A stretch of DNA of 64,000 nt from Bacteroidota bacterium. Its GTDB lineage: Bacteria > Bacteroidota > Bacteroidia > Bacteroidales > WCHB1-69. The position numbers and the translations under genes were made by a program. The stretch spans positions 46,127 through 110,126 of the forward strand of contig WQTS01000144.1 of assembly GCA_009786185.1 (NCBI GenBank), given 5' to 3'. This document shows positions 57,294 to 64,000 of the stretch, piece after piece (position 1 is the stretch's first letter; each line of letters begins with the position of its first letter). The notes beneath the pieces were generated by a model, which was given only the letters and a program-made list of their open reading frames with translations, was not told the DNA's origin and ran no database searches.

Positions 57294-57596
57294 ATGCAAC
57301 AACAAGAACAAAAAATAGACATCCATTTAAGTGAAGAAATTGCGCAAGGCGTATATTCAAACTTAGCGATCATTACCCATTCTCATGCCGAATTTATTTT
57401 GGATTTTGTGGCGCTCATGCCCGGACTTCCGAAAGGTAATGTGCGTTCGCGCATCATATTAACCCCGCAAAATGCGAAACGCTTGCTGTTTGCTTTGCAG
57501 GATAATGTGCAAAAATTTGAGCAGAAGAATGGGAAGATTGTGGATAATCAGCAGGAGGTGATTCCGATTATGGGGAATACGGGAGGGAAGGCGTAG
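57294..57596 (+). CDS. DUF3467-family protein
   Basis: IHLSEEIAQGVYSNLAIITHSHAEFILDFV..MPG.PKGNVRSRIILTPQNAKRLL. Its position 3 nt after rpoC is typical of Bacteroidota. Confidence 0.8.
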   Translation: MQQQEQKIDIHLSEEIAQGVYSNLAIITHSHAEFILDFVALMPGLPKGNVRSRIILTPQNAKRLLFALQDNVQKFEQKNGKIVDNQQEVIPIMGNTGGKA

Positions 57597-57618
57597 TTTG
57601 TCAAGTTGTATCACTTGA

Positions 57619-58530
57619 TTATTTCTTCCTTTTAGGTGCACAATTCGACGATCTTGTTACATCAAAAAGCAACGTTATTTTTACACCTGTAAAAAACGAA
57701 GTTGTGTTTGCAGAACGCTTTAGATTTGTTTCATACAAACTATTCACATGAATTAGGTTAGGAATTTGCTCAAAAGCAACCAATTCATTTTGCATTTGTC
57801 GCATTTCGGAACTTTGGCGGTTGAGTACGCCATAATCTGCAAAAAAGCTGATGCGCATGGCGTTTTTGGGAAATATCGATGCTAATTCAACTCCTAATTC
57901 TAATGAAACAACAGCTTGCAGTCTATTCAAATTCAACTCTTCTCTTTTAGAGTATTTTTTAGTATCGAAAAAATGGTTAGGCATATTTTCAAAATGATCA
58001 AAAAAGCGGTCGTATATGCCAACGGTTGTATAAGAAGTCATTTTGGTATTGTAATTTGCAGAAAACATATATCCGATTTTTCCTCCGGCTTGAAAGAAAA
58101 AATTGGTTTTTCTCTGTGCCGTTTGAAAACCAACATAGATGGGAACAAAAACATTATGTGTTCTGTCTAATTGTACAAACTTTTGCAGCGAATATCTCAT
58201 AACATATTCGTCCTCTTCGGTATCTATTAAATCTTTATAAAAAACCAAATTGGTGGGACGAGTGGAGGAATTAAGAGAAACATATTCAACGCCAACAGCA
58301 ACGATAAAATGGTTCCAAAACAATGCGTTGTAGCCAAAGCCAATTCCACTGCCAATGTTGCCCATATTTTTTAAACCCTCCCATTGTGTGAAAAATGCGG
58401 AGTAACCGGCTTCACACCACAACATTAAAGAATGTTTATGGTGTTGCGCATTAGCATGTTGAAATAGCAAAAAAAAGTTCGTTATAATGAACAAAAACAA
58501 TATCCAAAACCGATTCATCTTTTTTTGCAT
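57619..58530 (-). CDS. Outer-membrane beta-barrel protein, homolog of 7771..8595
   Basis: Has a signal peptide ending ANAQ and beta-strand periodicity. The shared block is PIYVGFQT......FFQAGGKIGY. It lies 5 nt downstream of the 1135-aa T9SS cargo gene. Confidence 0.65.
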   Translation of the reverse strand: MQKKMNRFWILFLFIITNFFLLFQHANAQHHKHSLMLWCEAGYSAFFTQWEGLKNMGNIGSGIGFGYNALFWNHFIVAVGVEYVSLNSSTRPTNLVFYKDLIDTEEDEYVMRYSLQKFVQLDRTHNVFVPIYVGFQTAQRKTNFFFQAGGKIGYMFSANYNTKMTSYTTVGIYDRFFDHFENMPNHFFDTKKYSKREELNLNRLQAVVSLELGVELASIFPKNAMRISFFADYGVLNRQSSEMRQMQNELVAFEQIPNLIHVNSLYETNLKRSANTTSFFTGVKITLLFDVTRSSNCAPKRKK

Positions 58531-58535
58531 CTACG

Positions 58536-61500
58536 TTATCTTACAATGATTTTAAATGTTTGTCCGGGTAAATTTTCCGGAATAACCTCCAATAAAAAGA
58601 ATCCGGTTTTATTCAAATATATTTTATTCACTTGATGTTCAAAAATAGGATGCTGTGTTATTTTTTGTCCTAACAAATTCCAAACCAAAACAGTTCCACT
58701 TTGCTGTGTTTCAATATACACCGGCTCGTTTTGAGTAACAAGCTGCGGATATACTTTCATGCCCGGGCGATATTCGGGAACTAACGGGCAAGTGAAAAAC
58801 GTTTCTCCATCTAAAGTTCTGGTTAAACGCGCTCTATATTCAGCGCCAAATTCTAAAGTGGGTAAAATGTAAATGTATGAGCCGTTTTTACCTTCTAATT
58901 TTGTGCCGTTTTTAAACCACTCATATTCAGAAAAAGTATAACCGCCATTGTATCTTTCGTTTAACAAAGCAAGTACATCGTTCCATTTTTGCTCTAGAAT
59001 CCAGCCGGGATATGAAATTTGAATTGGAAATTCAAAAATCCGCGAATTACACTTGCCATTGTTTACAAATATAGAAGCGGCATAATTGCTATGAGGTATC
59101 ACATAATCTTGTTTATCAAAACCACGTGGCATAGGAATGGTAAAGTAGTTACTATGAGTTATTTGACCTGAATCAATGTTTTGAAAACCTTGCATCAACG
59201 CCTCATCATTAAATTGAATATTATAGAAAATCTTTTCTTCGTCATAAAAATTATAGGGCAAAGTAATGTACGGTTCATCCGCGCAAATTTCGCCCACAGG
59301 TTCAATAGATAAGAAAGCATAATCCCTTACTGTGAGGAGCAAGCATGCGGTACTATCGCAGTTTCTGTAAGTTAACAAATTAGATTGATAAAATACGTAA
59401 GTGGTGTCGGGAGTATCCAAAGAATCAATGTCAAAACCGTAGTGCGTATACCGGCTGCCGCGACAAACAAAATCTACAATATATCCTGTATCGGGCGGCA
59501 TAATCGTAATATAAACACTGTCTATGATTGAACATTCTAATCCTGAGATAGATAAAGTGTAATATCCTTCATGACTTAGAGTTGAGTTATGGATGATGGG
59601 ATCCTTGTTTTGACTTGAGAAATTCTCCGGACCTTCCCAGTGATATCCCACCTGAGCGCCCACCAAAGGAACACCAAGCAACCGAATATCATCTCCAATG
59701 CAAATATTCGTATTGGCGGCAAAAGCTACAGAGGCGCCTGATTCTAAGTTTGCAATTTTAACTCTCTGATTATCAATAGATGTGCCGCATTGATCCGTTA
59801 TTCTTACAAACAAAGTTGCATCCGGAGCGCCGGCATCATAAAAAATACCGGTAGTATTTGAAGCGATAGGCACGCCGTTTAAACCAAAGAGTTCAAACTG
59901 ATAAGGTGGCATTCCCGAAGTGGAATCAACAGTTACTACCACTTTTGTTACTTTGTTTATCCCGTCATCACAAGCGTAACCGTACGCATTTTTTAAAGTT
60001 AAAGCATTGTAGGCGTATGTCATGGGTTGCGAGGGGATCAAGCACGATATGTCGGTTTCGCCTAAGTAAAAGCGCATTTGATAGTTACCCGGAATAACAA
60101 GTGTTACATGATGAGTGTTGCAAATTCCGGCGCTTGGGAAAAAACCTCCTGCGACACCGGTCACTCTAAAAGAAACCGGCATAGATACGCTAAGCCCATC
60201 CCCTTTTCGTATTCTTGTTAATTTTACTTTAGGTGCATATATTTTTCCTGTACAAGTGGTTTGTATATTGAAGGTAAGTGGCTCTTCAACTTCATATCTA
60301 AAAAACTGATAATTCCTTTGCATAGTGTCACTCCTGCCACAATTATCGGTAATGTACCAGCGATAAGTTCCGGAATAGAGATCTTTGCTTTGTAAATAGA
60401 TGGCACAGTTACCATCTAAAACAATAGTAAAATTGGAGTAGTTGTCTTGTGTGATATTCCAACTGTTTTGGCTATAATTATAAGTTGCACTAAAATTATA
60501 ATGATTCCCATTTGGACTTGCAACAAGCTCTATCTTAGTTCCATCCGGTGGCTTTCCGTAAGAATTGTTGCATTCAGTCCAAAGCCAGCAAATATAATCA
60601 TAGTCAGATGCGCTATTACATATCGGACTAAAATTGTAGCAAGGCCATTCCGTTTCCGGAGGCGGCGGAATTTGATAGTTTCCATCGATTAAAGAACAGC
60701 CATTTGCGTCATTAATTTTAACATGCAAAGTATCATCAGCTCTATCTCTGTCAACAATTCCAACCCAATTCCAACTGCGTGCATTGATAGATTCCTCTAC
60801 TAAAACCTCTCCGGAAAGGCGATGTGTGACTTTACAATAGATGGGAGCCGTGAAAAATTCCCTACCACTATTAAAACCTATGGTAAGCCTCATTTTTTCT
60901 TCATCTACGCAACTTGAAACCGGATCGTAAATATTGCCTGCAAACATTACAACATGTCCCGAATAGTTTGCTCTATTCGTTGTACTACAAGCATTTTCGA
61001 CACATTCTTTCACTCTGACTTGTATTTGATAGTTTTTACTCCAAAAGTCGCAGTATTTAGTAGCGGAGGTTACCGTATCAAAAATGTTCCAATTGGACGG
61101 AATGTTTTTCCAATCTTTTTCGGTTCCTCCGTCAAACGAATAGGTGTATTCCCACCAAGGAATATTTCTATGCACTTGGTCATAATAATATTTGTTAAGA
61201 TCGGTAGTCGTTGCTCCAAAATTAATATTTACAATGTTATTATGATTTATATTGCTACTTGGTATTATAGAAATATTTTGGCAGGCGAAGTTTCCGGAAA
61301 CGTAACTTACGTTTTCTGAAATGTCGGGCAATCCATAATCACATCCATCTTTGATTTTGAAAGTAAAATTGCCGGCAGGAAGATTTTCAATATTATAATA
61401 GTCTTTAAAGTCGGGCAAATTTCTGTCGGTTCCGGAGTTTTGGTAGGTTTCAAACGTCTCTGTTTTAAGTAAAGATGAATTTAAGTATGTTTCAATAACA

Positions 61501-61943
61501 TAAGGAAATGCACCTCCTGTAATTTCGAATACTACCCTTCCGGTGTTTCTACAACTAAATGTTTTTCGTGTACCAATCAATCCTGCATCATTTACTTTAA
61601 AAGCTGTAGGAGCAATGTAATTTCCTGATACTGTTGTAGTCCCTTTTCTTTCTATGGGTGTTGTCGTTTGAAAAAAAGCCTGCATAACAACAGAGTAGTT
61701 TCCGCTGGATAGATTTTCAAAAACGGGACCTCCGGGACGCGGCTCTTCTGAAGTGGTGATATTTTCCACAGTATAATTAATTTGCGACAGATTGCCCACA
61801 TCACTTCCTCTCAGTGTAATGGTGATGGTTCCGTTTGCAAAACATGTAGATGGTGTGGAAGAGATTTCCAAGGTAATATCTTGCCCGATAAGAGATAATG
61901 GGCAAAATAAAAAACATAGAAATAAATGTCTTAAATGTTTCAT
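58536..61943 (-). CDS. 1135-aa Cys-rich T9SS-secreted surface protein
   Basis: Signal peptide MKHLRHLFLCFLFCPLSLIGQ. Pre-CTD module EQKWNDVLALLNERYNGGYTFSEYEWFKNGTKLEGK. C-terminal CTD-like VYPQLVTQNEPVYIE...VWNLLGQKI...YLNKTGFFLLEVIPE..GQTFKIIVR. Confidence 0.8.
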   Translation of the reverse strand: MKHLRHLFLCFLFCPLSLIGQDITLEISSTPSTCFANGTITITLRGSDVGNLSQINYTVENITTSEEPRPGGPVFENLSSGNYSVVMQAFFQTTTPIERKGTTTVSGNYIAPTAFKVNDAGLIGTRKTFSCRNTGRVVFEITGGAFPYVIETYLNSSLLKTETFETYQNSGTDRNLPDFKDYYNIENLPAGNFTFKIKDGCDYGLPDISENVSYVSGNFACQNISIIPSSNINHNNIVNINFGATTTDLNKYYYDQVHRNIPWWEYTYSFDGGTEKDWKNIPSNWNIFDTVTSATKYCDFWSKNYQIQVRVKECVENACSTTNRANYSGHVVMFAGNIYDPVSSCVDEEKMRLTIGFNSGREFFTAPIYCKVTHRLSGEVLVEESINARSWNWVGIVDRDRADDTLHVKINDANGCSLIDGNYQIPPPPETEWPCYNFSPICNSASDYDYICWLWTECNNSYGKPPDGTKIELVASPNGNHYNFSATYNYSQNSWNITQDNYSNFTIVLDGNCAIYLQSKDLYSGTYRWYITDNCGRSDTMQRNYQFFRYEVEEPLTFNIQTTCTGKIYAPKVKLTRIRKGDGLSVSMPVSFRVTGVAGGFFPSAGICNTHHVTLVIPGNYQMRFYLGETDISCLIPSQPMTYAYNALTLKNAYGYACDDGINKVTKVVVTVDSTSGMPPYQFELFGLNGVPIASNTTGIFYDAGAPDATLFVRITDQCGTSIDNQRVKIANLESGASVAFAANTNICIGDDIRLLGVPLVGAQVGYHWEGPENFSSQNKDPIIHNSTLSHEGYYTLSISGLECSIIDSVYITIMPPDTGYIVDFVCRGSRYTHYGFDIDSLDTPDTTYVFYQSNLLTYRNCDSTACLLLTVRDYAFLSIEPVGEICADEPYITLPYNFYDEEKIFYNIQFNDEALMQGFQNIDSGQITHSNYFTIPMPRGFDKQDYVIPHSNYAASIFVNNGKCNSRIFEFPIQISYPGWILEQKWNDVLALLNERYNGGYTFSEYEWFKNGTKLEGKNGSYIYILPTLEFGAEYRARLTRTLDGETFFTCPLVPEYRPGMKVYPQLVTQNEPVYIETQQSGTVLVWNLLGQKITQHPIFEHQVNKIYLNKTGFFLLEVIPENLPGQTFKIIVR

Positions 61944-61983
61944 AGACTAAAAGAACGCTACAAAAACAGCAATATTTTATAGA

Positions 61984-63189
61984 TTATCGTAATGTCGTTT
62001 CTATCTCAAACAATTTGTTTCTAAGAAGATTCAGTTCAGAAACAGGTAATGCCGAAAAATCCCCTTCAAAATTTGAAGGGGTGTCTTGCGAAGCGAGACG
62101 GGGTAGTTTATATAAACTATAGAAAATAGCAAGATTTTCCAATAATGCCCGTTCATCGCTAATATTCAGCTCGTTATTTTTAATTTTTAAAAATTGCAGG
62201 ATGCGTAATCCATCCGCTTTTTCATGAAATGCACGCGTAAATTGCGGTAGCATTTTAAAATTTTTACGCAATGGACTCCATAAGTCATCGGTTTTGTATT
62301 GTTCTTTTAGAAAATGGATAAATTCAGTATTTTTATCTTCAGTGAAAAGCTCGGGGATAATGTTGTATGTTTCTTTAATTTTATCAAATAATGAATGATG
62401 GTAGATGGGGTAACTTTCCCAATTTCCGCTGTTTCCTTTAATCATGGCAGGTCCTGTGCCGAAAGGTACGCGGGTGGAAAATCGCGTAGCAGGATACACC
62501 TTTTCGGAGTTGCTATTTGAAATGGGCGTCATTTTCCGTAGTTTCTGTAAAAGATAAAAATCTTCGCCGCTACTAAGGGGTGTTATATTTCGAATTTTTC
62601 GTAGCGCTTTTACTTTCAAGGCAATGGCAGAGCCAATGGCAGTAAATGTGTAAGGAGAGTCAATGCGGTGCATGTTGATGAAATAGTTGCGCATAAAAAT
62701 TTCATAACGCAAAATGGCGCGGTTGGTGCTTTCATCTTCTGTAAGTTTGTGATAATAAGGTAGAGAAAGCACTTCAATTTTATTCTGAATAAAATTTTCT
62801 CCAATAGATTGAAAATAAAACTCGCTAAATAGCGTATCGGCATCTAAACTGACAATAATATCTTCATCGTTTGCTGTTTTAAAAATTTCTTCAAACAATG
62901 TTTTCCGTGCCCAACCTACACCGTGTTCGTTATTTTTCCAGCCGTTTCCTTTAGAGGTTTTATCAATAACGTGTATGCTAAAGTCTTTAAAGTCATTAAG
63001 GAATTTAAGGAGTTTTTGGTTATTTTGGCAGATTTCTGTTTTTTCTGTATTATTCCACCAATCATCCGGCTGGTTAACACAAACATATACTAAAAAAGGG
63101 AAACTCGCTTTTTGATTAGCAATAGCAGCAAGTGTGTGTGGCAAAAAGTCCAATTCATCAAGGGCAGGGATGGCAATGTGCAGCCTCAT
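61984..63189 (-). CDS. Family-2 glycosyltransferase
   Basis: IAIPALDELDFLPHTLAAIANQ and SLDADT are GT2 motifs. A start at MRLHIAIP (63189) gives a TAATG overlap with the udk stop. The tracked start at 63210 is less likely. Confidence 0.7.
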   Translation of the reverse strand: MRLHIAIPALDELDFLPHTLAAIANQKASFPFLVYVCVNQPDDWWNNTEKTEICQNNQKLLKFLNDFKDFSIHVIDKTSKGNGWKNNEHGVGWARKTLFEEIFKTANDEDIIVSLDADTLFSEFYFQSIGENFIQNKIEVLSLPYYHKLTEDESTNRAILRYEIFMRNYFINMHRIDSPYTFTAIGSAIALKVKALRKIRNITPLSSGEDFYLLQKLRKMTPISNSNSEKVYPATRFSTRVPFGTGPAMIKGNSGNWESYPIYHHSLFDKIKETYNIIPELFTEDKNTEFIHFLKEQYKTDDLWSPLRKNFKMLPQFTRAFHEKADGLRILQFLKIKNNELNISDERALLENLAIFYSLYKLPRLASQDTPSNFEGDFSALPVSELNLLRNKLFEIETTLR

Positions 63190-63803
63190 TACGCTTCTTG
63201 TAACATCCATTTGATTTTAGAAATCAGAATATCAATGCCTTTTGCGTTGTGCCCGCCTTCAGGAATGATAATATCGGCATATTTTTTAGATGGCTCTATA
63301 AATGTTTGGTGCATAGGCTTTACAAATTTTTCATAATGTCGAATGGATTTATCTAAACCCCTTCCTCTTTCATTTACATCGCGTTGAATAATTCTGATAA
63401 GCCGCTCATCGGCTTCCGTATCTACAAAAACCTTCAAATCAAGCATATCACAGAGTGCAGAATCGGTAAATATTAAAATACCTTCTACAATAACCACCTT
63501 CCCGGGCACAATGGGAATTGTTTCTTTCTGCCGCGAGCAAGTAATGTAAGAATAAATGGGCATCTCAATTGCTTTTCCGGTTTTCAAATCATGAATATGC
63601 TTGTTTAGCAAGGAAAATTCTATCGAATTGGGGTGATCGAAATTGATTTGTTCGCGTTCTGCTTGTGTAAGGATACCATTATCTTTATAGTAAGCATCTT
63701 GCGATAAAACACACACGCTTTCATTGGGAAAGCATTTAATGATTTTTTTTACAACAGATGTTTTTCCGGAGCCTGAACCGCCTGCAATTCCAATGATATA
63801 CAT
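63189..63803 (-). CDS. udk: Uridine kinase
   Basis: P-loop IIGIAGGSGSGKTS, FDHPNSIEF and VVIVEGIL. Confidence 0.92.
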   Translation of the reverse strand: MYIIGIAGGSGSGKTSVVKKIIKCFPNESVCVLSQDAYYKDNGILTQAEREQINFDHPNSIEFSLLNKHIHDLKTGKAIEMPIYSYITCSRQKETIPIVPGKVVIVEGILIFTDSALCDMLDLKVFVDTEADERLIRIIQRDVNERGRGLDKSIRHYEKFVKPMHQTFIEPSKKYADIIIPEGGHNAKGIDILISKIKWMLQEA

Positions 63804-63824
63804 GATTCTATCGTTTTAGAAAAA

Positions 63825-64000
63825 CTATAGCAATTTCTTTTTCAGCTCTTTTAGCATATCTTCGGTCATGGAAGCCAAGTTGTATTTGGGATTCCAGCCC
63901 CACTCTTCGCGGGCGCACGAATCGTCCATGCTGTTGGGCCAAGAATCGGCGATGCCTTGCTTTAAAGGATTTACATCGTACTCCATCACAAAATTGGGAT
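63825..64000 (-). CDS. 3' end of an NAD-dependent epimerase/dehydratase-family gene (L-threonine 3-dehydrogenase-like), truncated by the window edge
   Basis: The minus-strand translation ends ...DVNPLKQGIADSWPNSMDDSCAREEWGWNPKYNLASMTEDMLKELKKKLL*. The IADSWP..DDS.AR..WGW motif is typical of this SDR subgroup. Confidence 0.6.
   Translation of the reverse strand, partial: PNFVMEYDVNPLKQGIADSWPNSMDDSCAREEWGWNPKYNLASMTEDMLKELKKKLL

Noticed and set aside
57601-57618. Short TCAAGT-N6-ACTTGA hairpin after the DUF3467 gene as a bidirectional terminator
   Set aside because: It has only a 6-bp AT-rich stem, no clear U-run, and abuts the stop codon of the convergent gene. That is too weak to call.

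Overview
This is a chromosomal segment from a Bacteroidota genome. The evidence is repeated T9SS C-terminal sorting domains, TAnnTTTG -7 promoter boxes, DUF3467 after rpoC and an LptD_2-type OstA protein. I saw no rRNA, tRNA, CRISPR array, transposase or integrase. About 21.4-64 kb is mostly core: pckA, rmuC, purM, two tandem M6 metalloproteases, ribD, an LptD-like protein, a SPOR amidase, infC-rpmI-rplT, LOG, pssA, a TonB-dependent receptor, secE-nusG-rplKAJL-rpoBC, a second T9SS cargo/barrel pair, GT2 and udk. The left third (1-21.3 kb) is accessory, apart from the housekeeping rlmD at 15.3-16.7 kb, and holds the interesting material. (a) One surface-protein unit has an OM beta-barrel, a secreted phage-tail-collar protein, a 1464-aa T9SS cargo with a coiled-coil/Gly-zipper core that looks like a pore-forming toxin, and a second beta-barrel. 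(b) Directly downstream is a tightly packed five-gene operon behind a near-identical promoter cassette. It encodes a CTD-only mini-protein, a Rossmann+RyR-like protein, a TPR membrane protein, a TIR-TM protein and a secreted Cys-module/MORN/FGE-sulfatase protein. I read it as a candidate undescribed envelope-spanning TIR conflict or signalling system. (c) An ORF6N / membrane-sensor / KLC-type TPR trio follows. Across the whole window there is a family of degenerate heptamer-based word repeats. They form intergenic inverted hairpins and are also embedded in frame in signal peptides and T9SS CTD loops. All functional calls come from reading motifs in the translations. No database search was possible.
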